Below, piece by piece: positions 12,944 to 26,193 of a stretch of 64,000 nt of DNA. The stretch lies in contig NC_068984.1 of the NCBI RefSeq assembly GCF_001194135.2, forward strand, positions 135,056,966 to 135,120,965, written 5' to 3'. Under the pieces are notes generated by a model, which worked only from the letters and a program-made list of their open reading frames with translations, was not told the origin of the DNA and made no database searches. The position numbers were made by a program, and so were the translations under genes. This DNA is from Octopus bimaculoides (lineage: Eukaryota). Position 1 is the stretch's first letter; each line of letters starts with the position of its first letter.

Positions 12944-13540
12944 TTTGGATCTTTTTTAAAACGGGGGCCACATTTTTCATTAACGAAACACTTTGAAACT
13001 TGGAACACTGGTAGAATGTGTCATATAAAACATCTTTTTCTCTTAGTCTTCTTAAAAAAAAAAGAAATCCATAAGTTATTCCATGTGAAAGTTGTCGTAT
13101 TTCTGTAATTTCAACCAATCACCGACGTCCATTCAGCCGATATACATTAAGTGCCAACTACATAAACAAACGATTCTGAAACAATTAACCCTAACCCTAA
13201 CCCTAACCCTAACCCTAACCCTAGGGTTAGGGTTAGGGTTAGGGTTAAAGCAAATTTAAAATGAAAAAGCAAATAAAACGAAGGTATGGAGATTAAATAC
13301 GCTTTACATCGCTTAATCAGCCAAATGAGTAAATATAAACAACTGAATACTTGTCAGTGATTGGTTGAAATTGTCGAAATAAGACAATTTTTTACATGAA
13401 ATAAATTCGAATACAAAAATATTTTTCTGTTCTATAACACAAAATAGATAAGTATACGAAGTTTGAAAGTCTTTCCGTACCAAAAACACTACGTAAAACA
13501 TTAATGAAAAATGTGGCCCCCGTTTTAAAATAGATCCAGA
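12944..13540. mobile_element. Foldback/MITE-like element with nested inverted arms around a telomeric palindrome
   Basis: Outer IR 12944-12983 vs 13501-13540; inner IR ~13080-13137 vs ~13342-13400; centre (CCCTAA)5-CCCTAGGG-(TTAGGG)3. Confidence 0.8.
13185..13247. repeat. Interstitial telomeric repeat palindrome (CCCTAA)n/(TTAGGG)n
   Basis: Read directly; symmetry centre at 13222/13223. Confidence 0.95.
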
Positions 13541-15944
13541 TGTTTTCTAACTCCTACGAATGATGTTGCGTATCGGCTAAAACAATTTTCCCCTCCAATT
13601 TTTTTCTGTTTCCTATCTTTCCTCTCATAGGTAAAATTAAATCTCAGTTTCTAGCACATATATACATTTACTTGGGAAAAAATAAAATAAAAAAAAACAA
13701 TATTATTTGCTATATTTCCATATTCTGCTGTTAAAATTTTATTTTTGTAGACGGGTTGGGGGTGATGCCTTTCATTGATGAAAAGATTTTCAGAAAAGAC
13801 AAAAGGCTCTCTAGAACTACGTCATCAACGTATCCCATTTTTCTTCTGACTGAATATAATCCATTAAAATTTATCTCTTCTGCAACAGTTAAACACAGCT
13901 TCTATTGCGTATCGTTCTTTGAAGCGTATATTTTGTAAAGATGATACAGTGTATGTAATGCATTGGGAATATCTAAAAGATAATATATGTGTCATGTGGA
14001 TATGTAGTTGAGGTCGTCGTGGCAATGTTTATAATATTTTATAGGTGATGTGGGGTATTTTCACCGGAATACCTTCAGAAGGCGACGCTTTGGAGATACT
14101 ATCGTAGAAGCGATGTTATAATAACGATATTATAAGGATATATATTTCAATATTTGATGTTGTTTTGGAACCGTTATACAGTTGTGTTGTTGAATAGTTT
14201 TTGACTAGAAAATGCTTGTGTAGTGATCTTTTGAGGTAATATTCTCGAGGTGACGTGATCGAAATAACGTTTTTGCTGTAGTGTCTTTTCTGCTTTGATA
14301 TCTTTGCTGACGCGATACGACGTTATGTCGCCATTTTTTCATCTAGGAGCATTTGCCTTTTCTTCATAAAACGCACGATGTTCGTTTACTAGAAGTAATT
14401 ATGATAGGCATTATATTTGCTTACACAGATTGAATTATTCATGCATCCAAAAGGCAGGAATGTTTTAATATACACGGACTTCGGTAGAACAATAGGAAAA
14501 ACAAGCTGAATTAATTCAATTATAAGCATATGCTAAGTATTGCATACGTTACACTAGGCTCGCTGAGGTGATTACATATGGTCGGTGTTAATTCGTCCTC
14601 TATTATTTATTTTTATCGCCTGATAGAGTGACAACTATTGTGCGGTGGATCTATTTACATTGTAGTAGAGCTAATAACCTACCGAAACATAAATTACTAT
14701 TATATTTACTCAGGGAAGCGTAAATTTTATCGTTTGCTTTATCAGTGATGTTAAATTGGAATGTTCTTCAGAAGTTATTCGCAGATGAAGCAAAATGATA
14801 AACCACACGAAGAGAATTAATCTGCCAGTAAAGATAATGCCACAATTTCAAATGGTTTGCAATGTTGGCGTCAACATGATAAAGCCTATGAAACAAAAAG
14901 ATAAGAGTGAATTACAGTATATTCATGTACGCACGATCACACCCTCCCCCACACATATATGTATATATAATTTTTGACCTTTTATCAGTAAGATTCAAGA
15001 AGCAAATATCAGTTGTTCTTTTAGAAATAAAACCGTTTGAAAAAGGTCATTCCTGGGTCGACTACTAAATCTTTTCTATATAATTAATTTTCCTTCATTG
15101 TATTCAAGCGGCAATAACTGAACCAATAGCATTTCCACGAGTGACTACTCGGCTAAGAAACATAGAAGCTTGATATATGTTACAGAAAGACAACTAGAAA
15201 TGCGTAGTAAAAACTATGGCGTTTGACTGTCATTTCATGAAAATATCCTTATATTTAATTCAGTATTTCCTACAAGTAAATTCAATCCATAGAAGATAAC
15301 TTAATCAATTTATCAGATTTTGCTTTATCTTTTGAGACCTGACCGATATACAATAATGAAATGACCAACACATCCCTCCTACTCACGAGAGAATTCTCTG
15401 GAATCAGAAAGCAAGGAAGTAATACATTAAAAAAAAAAGATATGCACGTCTTGACATCACTCAATTGGATATGCATTAGTTAGTGCATTGCCTGAGGTAT
15501 GATGGTGTAGCGAAGAGCATATATTTCTAATGTAGAGATACAGATTTAAAAAAAAACCCGAAGAGCAGAAAATGTAATGTCATATATCAATAATTTCAAA
15601 CGTCAGTGATTTTGGAATAGCAATTAGAACACTGTCCTACATATTTAAAATAATTCATCTGGGGCATTACTGCTTTGTGAGCAGCACTAGTATTCATGAT
15701 ATGTTTTTTTTTTCGCCTGTCAGTAGTCTGTTGGCTTGGAAAATATTATGTAAATTAATTCTCCGCTGTGAAATGTTTCTAAACGCATTTAACTATAAAG
15801 ATCTTCAGCATAACATAGATGTACTAATGAAGGACGTAAGTATAACGTGAAAAGGAACCATTTAAAACTGACACAAATTCTCAAATAACAAAAAAAAAGC
15901 CTAAACATTTTCTGCAACGATCATATGTGTTATATGTTATATTG

Positions 15945-16149
15945 GTCACAAATTTTGGCACCAATTTCGCGGGACGGAATATGCGAATTGCATCGACTCC
16001 CAGTGCTCACTGGTACTTATTTGATCGACCCCGAAGAGTGAAAGGCAAAGACGACCTCGGCGGAATTTCATCTGAGAACATAAAGGCAGACGAAGTACAG
16101 CTAGGCATTTTGCCCGGAGTGCTAACGGTTCTGTCAGATTACCACCTTT
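15945..16149 (-). mobile_element. SINE family A
   Basis: ctggtacttatttgatcgaccccgaagagtgaaaggcaaagacgacctcggcggaattt is the reverse complement of the family core. Confidence 0.9.
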
Positions 16150-16740
16150 AAAATATATTAAAACATTTGTATCAATGTTTTATATTAGGAGATTTGCCAT
16201 AAATACTTAAGAAAGTATCCGAAAATTTTAAAAACCTAAATTCTCTGATATTTAAGATATTAAAATGAAGGTGCCAAGACCAAATCATACACAACTGAAT
16301 TCAAGAGTACAATAAATAATATTTCCAATGACAGCTGTTCTGCTCCATGAGTGAAGCAAATGTTGCAGAATATTATCAAATCATTCTTCCACATATACAC
16401 ATAAGCATAAATGACACACGCACTAAAATATACGCATGCGCGCACAATCATATGCGTGTGTGTGTGTGTATGTGTGTGTGCGATAGTGGGTGGTTATGAA
16501 GCTGTATGTTGGAACAGAGTGGAGAACAAAGTAGAGGAAATAATTCATTACATGTTAGAGTACAAGGAAACAATGTATTGCAGCTCATAGAATTACATAT
16601 TATCACCGAGTTCTGAGTTTTTCACAAGGTATTTCCAAGCTATATAACACAGAAACGTTACATATATACGTTAAGCGTGTGTGGCTTGGCTATAACGTCG
16701 TACTGTGAATTTATTTTCCTCGGAATAGGCTACACTGCCT

Positions 16741-16749
16741 TCTCTCCCC

Positions 16750-16840
<91 letters not shown>

Positions 16841-16863
16841 GTGTGAGTGAGTGTGTGTGTGTG
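16741..16863. repeat. (CT)n-(AT)n-(GT)n compound microsatellite
   Basis: Read directly from sequence. Confidence 0.95.
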
Positions 16864-17447
16864 TACAACGGTGTTCGTGCCTCTCCTAAATTATGTTCAT
16901 GAATATAGGGTATGTATGTATGTATGCATGCATGTATACATATACAAGCTTCCCTTAGAAACACAGGTCAAATAGCTCAGATGCATTTTAAGAAACAACC
17001 AATTCTAAAGTAGCTTGTATGTATGTATGTATGTTTGTATGTATGCATGCATGTATCTGTCTACCATCATCTTTCCACCAATTTATCTATCAATGTGTGT
17101 GTATATATATATATACATATATATCTATATATCTATATATCTATATATGAAAATTACAGGAGTGAACACATACACGCACAGACACAGGCATATATTCAAG
17201 CAACTCTGTCTCTCTTTCTCACTCTTTATATAGATATTCGTGTTTAAGTGTATGCGTGTATGTGTGCGTGTATATACATGTATACATACACACACACACA
17301 CATACACACACATATATATATATACATATATATACATATACATATATACATATATATAGATATATATATATATACATATANNNNNNNNNNATACATACAT
17401 ATATACATATATAAATATGCATATACATATAAATATATATATATATA

Positions 17448-17484
<37 letters not shown>

Positions 17485-18595
17485 GGATATGATTGTATAT
17501 AAATGGGTGGGAGGCGATGGGAGTGTAGAGGAGAACAGTAAGCATACAAAGAGTTAATGTTTGGAAGGCCGAGGTGTTGTGCACTTACGTAGACTAATAA
17601 AATGAAAGCGAAACATTGCTATATGGGCTAATATAAGAAACATTTTATGTATATAGCAGTAAATTTGAATGTGTTTTTTTACATGAGACTACAGAAATGG
17701 CGCCAGTACGATAGTCGCATATGATTTACACTGGAACACTTTAGTCTAATTCATTTTAAATTTTGATAAAATGCCAACTTTTCCTGTAACAATTCGATGT
17801 AGAAATAATTGGATAGACGGCAAACAAAGATGTAGAGATGTATCCGGAAAGATATCACACGTAGGACTCATAAATTTAATATATTCATATATATTGTAAA
17901 AATATAAGGATAGCGTTCAATAATATTCATAACGTACGTACATACTCATGTATATATATATATATATGACTAAGCATCAATGCTTATGTTTGCGTTCTTG
18001 CGTGTCGGTGCGTGTGATTACTTGTTAGAGTTTGTACGTGTGTGGCAGTTGGGTGTTTACATCTCATATGACGGGAGCAGCAGCAGATTTGTTTGCTGTG
18101 GATGTATGTCCATAACCCACTGTAATTGGAAAGAGATGGATACATCATATATTTATGTGTATGTGAGTTCTGAAGATTTTGAGTCATGTGTCCTAATGGT
18201 TTCCTTTGTAGAAGGTCTCAATGAAGGCAATAAGCCATTTAGTATAAGGTAATATGAAGGAGAAATTAATATGAAAAGAATGGCTTTACTTCAGACTTGT
18301 AAAATTTCAGGTCATAAAACAGGAGAAAACAATCAACCGAAAGAATGTCCCGAAGTCTGGCAGTTTGAAGCAAAACTGCTTGAAATAACAGGGATGCATC
18401 AAGTAAATTATAATGAAGACACGTCGCAATATAGATTTGACGACGTTTTAGCCAGTTCTTTGTGAAAGACAAGACAGACGACCAGCTGTGCGAAAATGAT
18501 GCTTATAATTGCATAATGTATTCGTGAACTAAAATGCTATTGGCAGTATTTCCTTTTCATTTCTGCCTCCACTACATAATCTCTACCCCACTTAC

Positions 18596-18785
18596 TCATC
18601 CCATATCCACAAATTTTGACTTGTATATCTTTTTGTTTCTTTCCTATATAAGCTAAAAGACAAGTTTCAGGAGACGCACAATATGATAACACACCTTTGA
18701 TGCAAGTCTGATTCAGTGCCTCTTTAATGTCAAGAATCGCAAACATTACGTAAATTTTCACTTCGAATTTTTGCGTAAACTGGCG
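18596..18785 (-). CDS. Candidate internal exon C (phase 0-1)
   Basis: ctctatttgcag| acceptor, GA|gtaagt donor, 63 open codons (RQFTQKFEVK...VKICGYGM). Confidence 0.35.
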
Positions 18786-21027
18786 CTGCAAATAGAGTTT
18801 GCAAATAGAGTTTGTAATGAATCATTTAAGATGTTTTGAAGAATTTTCGTTGTCCTCTTCTTATGATTTGGATTATATATATTGGATAATAAAACGAATG
18901 GTCTAAACCTGGTAGCTTACTGGTGAAGCATGGTCACTTTCGCAGTGGTCGTTATGTATATGACAAATGAAACACGGAATATGCGAGAATTCATTAATCA
19001 CGAAAATTGTTTTGACACATCTAGCATCGATCCCTCGTGGGTGGGGCACTCAACGACTGGTTCAGGAGCACCCGGTGGTGCAGATGCGTCTCGTCGAGTG
19101 ATAAATAATTATCAACTCGTTAACATAATAGTTCCACAATATAACTTCTCGTTTTGTAGAAAGAAAAAAAAGCCAGACGGAGGAAATATCTTCATTTACA
19201 TAGAAGATCCAAAATAAAATCACAGATGAGGAAAAGAATGAGAAACAAAAGCGCAATGTAACGAGAAAATACTTTTCGATTATTCCATCTTCCGTCTTTC
19301 CTTTGCCATATATATANNNNNNNNNNNNNNNNNNNNNNNNNNNNNNNNNNNNNNNNNNNNNNNNNNNNNNNNNNNNNNNNNNNNNNNNNNNNNNNNNNNN
19401 NNNNNNNNNNNNNNNNNNNNNNNNNNNNNNNNNNNNNNNNNNNNNNNNNNNNNNNNNNNNNNNNNNNNNNNNNNNNNNNNNNNNNNNNNNNNNNNNNNNN
19501 NNNNNNNNNNNNNNNNNNNNNNNNNNNNNNNNNNNNNNNNNNNNNNNNNNNNNNNNNNNNNNNNNNNNNNNNNNNNNNNNNNNNNNNNNNNNNNNNNNNN
19601 NNNNNNNNNNNNNNNNNNNNNNNNNNNNNNNNNNNNNNNNNNTATATATATATATATATATTCTCTAAGTCATCTTTTGAATCCGTAGATTCGATACTAC
19701 AACCTGTGCTGAAATTACTGTGACTTTCAGTATACAGCTAAGGGAAATGATCTGCTAAACAAAGATATGTGATTAGTATCATTATGTACACGATATGTTT
19801 TAGATGATGTATGCGTTTGCAAAATTTAATGGTTGACGATATATGAATGCGTGTGCGTGTTTCTAAGTGTGCATGCATGTTTAACCATGTGTCTGTGCGT
19901 GTGTGTGAGAGTATGAGGTTTTATGTGAGTGTGTCTGTATGATTACGTGAAAAAAAAGAGACAAGCTAAATAAATCACGCAATAACAGAATGAATAAACA
20001 TAATAAAAAAAATATATAAAGAAAAACTAAAACGGTATAAAAGAATAACAGCATGAAAAACAGACAGAAATAGCAATGGAAATATCGCATGGTATATTAC
20101 AAAATACAAATCAACAAAGTTGGCATACACACAACATTATAAAGAATGATTAAACATAATAGATACAGTTTGCCAATAAAGGATGTCAAGTCTACACTGA
20201 TATCGAGATAGCGAACGGATCGAAGTGTGCAGACGACATTAAAATAAATATTATTGTATTCCAAGTACTGTAAAATATCTTCATTGAATCGAATATACTA
20301 AGTCAGTGTATATAGCATTAAAATGGCTCTTTCATTGGAACTATTTCTGTTTTAGATATTGTAAACGGTCGTTTGCAGACAGAAATGTACTATTTGCAAA
20401 ACTATCGAAAAGGACTCTATAGATCTGTTGAATATTATATTCACCATAAACTTCAGTAGTTTATTTACCTATACTTTTCTTTTGTTTTTCTTTGAATTTA
20501 TTGTTGCGGTTTTACTTATTTTTGTTGTTATTGTAGTCATTGTTATTGTAGTCTTTGTTATTGTACATGAAAAACATATTAGGATTTTCATATTTCTTTA
20601 ATGTTTTATCTAGCATAAAAGACATAACGCTTGGATATCTTCACAACAAAAGCCGCATCATGTGAGCTTCAGACACAGCGCTGTGATATCACAGCCATAG
20701 TAACCAGGAAGATTTTTTTTGTACCTCTATAATTTGAACTCCGTTTTCATTCGGATTCAGATATCCGTCGTCCACCAGAATGCTTCCCATTCACAAGATA
20801 TTCAATGTCATATATAAAACAATCTTTAACGGAGTGAGAATTCTTTCTAGAAACGATATTTAGTAGTACACTGGTAACCTTTTCATAAATTGAACACGAG
20901 TGAATATGTAGTTAATTTTTATTTTTAAATCTGTTATTTTTATACTTCAGCTTTTCTGTTTATTTCTCTGCATTAATCCTTTTTTCATAGCTCAAGCACA
21001 TACATACATACATGCATACATACATGC

Positions 21028-21058
<31 letters not shown>

Positions 21059-21949
21059 AATTTGATGCCTAATATATGAATTTATCTAATCGGGTGGTAC
21101 TCACACAGAAGCTCCTTTTGTGGACCAGGCTACAGACCACGTAGTAAACCAATAGAAAGGGGAAGAATATAGAGTCCTATGCTGTTGAAATTAAGCAAAT
21201 GCAATCAGTAGTGATTATTTCATAAGGAGTGTATAGATTATAAAGAGAGTCAGGGGATATAAGCTGATTATATTTATTTCAATAGCTGATATCCATAAGA
21301 TAACGATGGTTGCACAGCCGACATGGTAGAATAATTTATCTTAGTATATAATAAATTATTTTACATGTCTGTATTAGTGTATATGTTATAAATTGCATAG
21401 TGCTATTTCACATTTTACAAGGTAACGCAGGTATAGAAGGTTAGCTCTTCAGATCATAAAATATTATGGTTACATCCAATCTTTAACTCAAAAGTCATCT
21501 TCGGCAAAGGAACAAGCAGAAAATTCACACACAAGATTTGTACATGCACTTCCCCCACAAGTGTTTTGTTGGCGTTATGGTGATGTCTGATGAACAATAA
21601 ATATTTGGTTAGGTTGCGCATTGTTCCCATATAGAACCAAATCATCATGTTAACTCTTCGATTAAACTGTTGCGTGTGTCCATTGTCATTTTAGTGTCAG
21701 AAAAGACCGGTTGTCATTTGTAGCCATAATAAATCTTCGCCAGGTCACCAAATGTGCCTGTTGGCTTTGTTGAAGCTCATGTGGTATTTCTTCTTCCTTT
21801 TTAACTTCAGGGCTCCAATTATTGTTATGTTATGTTGTTATACCGATGTTACTAGAATGCGTTGTTCTTAGTTCGTGGAAAATCTGCGTATAATAACTAA
21901 ACTATAACGAGCAAACATTTCGGAGAAGGGAGTTACGTAGATTACGTAG

Positions 21950-22045
21950 ACCACAATGATCAACCGATACTTATGTTATCGACCACAATATGATGAAATG
22001 CAAATTCGACCTGAGCGGTATTTGGACCAAAGAATGTGAAGAGGA
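21950..22045 (-). mobile_element. SINE family A remnant
   Basis: gatacttatgttatcgacc..gatgaaatgcaaattcgacctgagcggtatttggaccaaagaatgt. Confidence 0.6.
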
Positions 22046-24912
22046 TGGGACGCCATCAAGCCTTTTGTCTGGGTTGTTAATGATTCTACCTGTTCACCGC
22101 CCTCTCAGTTTCACGATATTAAGCACACGATATCTAAGTAACACATATACAATTACAAAGCCAATACACACTTCGAGTTACTTAATTTTGACTTGACGTA
22201 TATAAACGATTAAGTGCCGTTTATAATGCCTTTAAAGAGCCCTTGCAACACTTGCCAAATCAAATAAGAAAATAAATTATATCTTTTTGATTGATATTCT
22301 TGGCAAACCTTCATTGATAAAATTCCAGGATAATGCTCGTTTGGTAAAATTATATTTTATTTCCAATGAAGCAATTCAGAACTACATTGATCAAGATGGA
22401 ACGGTGAATATGTCATTTGAAGACTACTCACACACGTTCTCATTACAAGTTTGGTGTAAATATTTCGTTGTGAGCTTAGGCTATATAATTAATTCTAAAA
22501 ACACTCAGCTCACTCCTCTGTTAGAACAAAACCCTGGTCCTGTGTCAAGTGCCCAAACGAAGTGAAAATTTGATTCTCGTCCACTTAAATCTCTAATATT
22601 GCAATCAAAATATAACATCTAAAACTGTTTTGGGTCATACCATGCATTTCTAGTGAAATTATTCTGTTTAGCCGTAGCTGGAGGAAGAAAACAACATTAA
22701 GTTTCTTTAAGTGCATCATGTTTTTGACGAATGTAAATAATGTTTCAAAAATAGAATATTGTTTTCGAGGACAGTTAACATGGACGAAGTTAATTATAAA
22801 TACCCGTTGTGAAAATAATATACCATACAACATCAACCTATGCTTTTATTTCATGTGAGTTTTGCAAATAATAAAGGAAATTTAAATTGATTTGGTAGGG
22901 AGCCTTAGTAACTTTGGCTTCAATTTTCTTTTTTAAGAAACTCAATTTAGATTTGCAGCATCACACACACACACACACACACATACACACACACACACAC
23001 ACACGCACACACACACACACACACACATTTTCCTTTCTCTTTCTCCTCTTTTTTTTTATCCCCTCTCAATCCTTCAATGAATTTATATATAGGCAAAGAG
23101 TTAGAGAGAAAAACAGAGAGTGTATATATTTAGGACTGGGCGTATGCATTGTTACAGCCTAGTATTTAACTGAGTAACGTTATATATGTACATGTAAGCA
23201 TGTATACATACTTGCATACATACATGCATACATACACACATGCGCACACATATACATGCACATACACGTACACACATAAACTTAAAAACATGCACAAAAT
23301 GATATATTTGAATACAGATGCACTGCTGCGCTCTTATCAGACACAGAAAGAAAACTGTCAATACTATATTCCCACATTGATTACTTCCCGTTACATATTT
23401 ATTCGCTCTGTTTCGGCTTGTAGTTCATGATCTTTTGCATCTTCAATTTTCTGTAATCTTGCAAAATGTCGAGGTCCACTCTTACAAATTAAATGGGGGT
23501 GTTGTCATGCAGTGCTCAAATTCTGATTGCATTTCTGCGTGTATATTCGTACGATATCCATAATATCAGATTCTAGAAATTACCAATTGAGACGACAATA
23601 AAAAATCATGAAAACGTTTGGAACAGTAATGATTCATACAAAAAATTATTTTAGTCAGAGGTAGAAGAAAGTGGATGAGAAGTCATTATCAACTTTAAAT
23701 TAAAGCTGAGGCTAAGATTTTATTTCGCCACTCCAGTGTCAGACCACTGCGAATTTCAGGTGAAACTATCTTGAAATTGATTATTTCGAGAACCCGTATT
23801 GTGTCACTTCACGCACTTGATGTTCGAAATGCAAGCAACTGATAACAATCATCAGTTTTCAATCAATTTTGCCACCCCGCTGCTTAATATATATTTTATG
23901 TATTCATAGATTTATTCTGTAGAGTGGGAGAGGATGACTATTATGTTAGACTGCAAAGAAAATATTAACGAACTGTAAGCGATTTTCACCGAATTCTAGC
24001 CACGTTGCGAAGTGGGGGGAATCTACCTGACGACTAGATGCTGTTATTGTTTTCTTCCTCTACGTTGGTGTCGTTTTACCTTTGACCTGTTTTACCTGAG
24101 GGCGACCCATATTCGAAACCATTTCAATATTGCTAATAACAGCTCATTAGACTGTCTTACAACTATCTCATCTTACATGTTAAGGAGGGTTGTGGTTTTA
24201 TGAACATTACAATGAAATTTCAAGCTATTTGAGCAATCATATAGATAATACAACATTGCCACGTGATGAGAATATAGAACCGGGCGATAATATTCAAGAA
24301 TAGGCTAGAGACTTCACAAAGTGCTAACTATTAATTCGAATATTTCAATAAATCTCTGTACAGCATATAGCTGTACCTAAAATATCACAGGTACGAGAAT
24401 GGCTGTTAAAGTTTATTTGTTACTAGCAATGTCAATGTTCGTGCTTTCTTGGTTGTGGTTGTATAATTATTCTAATAATTTCCAACAATTAGAATAGCCA
24501 TTGCTGGTATGCCCACCTCAAAAAGTGTGAGCAAGTCTATGATCTAAACCATTGCATCTTTGACGATCTTCAGTAATTTGGATATATTTTGGACAAATTA
24601 TCTAATGAGTTCTTCCCAATTATTTAAAACAATGTGATGACATGAAAAAAAATTGCACGTATTTCGGTTTAGTCGAGTAATTAAGTAGATGCTTTCCTCA
24701 TTCGCTTGTTGCCGGTATTGTAGATGTTGAATTTGCCGGTATTGAAGTAGTTGTTGAAATGTGTGTTGTTTTCATTATGATGATGCTACTGTAATTTACC
24801 ACGTGCAGTTCCTGTCTGGTTTCGTTTAAGAAACTTTTATGTAGTAGCTTGTTATAAATAAAACACTTTATTTGTTTCATTCTTTAAAATGGTAAAAAAA
24901 GACAAGCTAATT

Positions 24913-24946
<34 letters not shown>

Positions 24947-26076
24947 CTACATGCATAGATACATTACATACATATATATACACACGCAAATATGTGCTAC
25001 ATGTATATATATATATACACACACAAATATGTGTTATATGTATATATATATATATANNNNNNNNNNNNNNNNNNNNNNNNNNNNNNNNNNNNNNNNNNNN
25101 NNNNNNNNNNNNNNNNNNNNNNNNNNNNNNNNNNNNNNNNNNNNNNNNNNNNNNNNNNNNNNNNNNNNNNNNNNNNNNNNNNNNNNNNNNNNNNNNNNNN
25201 NNNNNNNNNNNNNNNNNNNNNNNNNNNNNNNNNNNNNNNNNNNNNNNNNNNNNNNNNNNNATATATATATACATACATACGTATAAATATACATACATAT
25301 ATATACATATACAAATATATATATTATAATGGAAATGTGAAATGGATATTTACCAAACATACTTACCAGACTATTTCCATTCCTGTGTCCATTTATTTAC
25401 TGTCTCTCCAACCTTTCGAGCGGAAAATTTCCAATTTCTGAAAGAAACCGTTCTTTGGATTGATGATGAAAATTTTGCAATATGAGATATTTCTCAGCTG
25501 TCACATATCAGAGTTGAAACACAGAAGTGAAATCAATCTTCAGCTTAATCAGTAAAACTGTGAGATTGAAGGAGAAAAGAGGAAAAGTATGGTGTGTAGT
25601 TTGTGAAGAAGAATAGTAAAGTTATTGGTTCGATTCTATCGATTAGAAACATTGGTTCTTTATATATATCTAGTCTTGTGTTTGTATATGTGTGTATATA
25701 CACGAACATATATACATATAATATATATATATGCATATATATATCATTAATCCTTTAATTCTTTAAGTTGTCTCAGCTTCAAAGCCGCGTTCATGCTGGA
25801 GCACCACTGTTGGCTTCGCTACACCTTTATTATTTGAAGCCTCCCCTGACATGTGGCATTTGGTGAATGAGAGAGGTTGATGCTGCTGCCTACATCTGTG
25901 TTTCCTGTCTTGAGCCGGGCTCATTCGGTCCCTTGATATGAGGAGGTCCTTTTTGTTTTGAAGACACCTACGTCTCTCAGGCGTTTTCAAACTACGTTGA
26001 AGGGCTGTGGGATCTTGAAATCCAAGGTGTTGCAATTTCTAGTCCTGTGTATTGGTGGTGTTGTTGGGATATTTGA

Positions 26077-26146
<70 letters not shown>

Positions 26147-26193
26147 GCATGTATGTATGTACGTATGTACGTATGTATGTATACACACACACA

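Noticed and set aside
13185-13247. Telomere-fusion scar interpretation
   Set aside because: The orientation is (CCCTAA)n then (TTAGGG)n, the reverse of an end-to-end fusion, and it sits inside a foldback element.
17980-18465. Two same-frame plus-strand ORFs separated by one TAA
   Set aside because: No recognisable domain, and the internal splice signals do not give a continuous frame.
18930-19217. Plus-strand ORF with GST-rich segment
   Set aside because: No homology recognised and no clear donor.
22287-22565. Plus-strand ORF DNARLVKLYF...
   Set aside because: Plausible acceptor but no good donor or partner exons.
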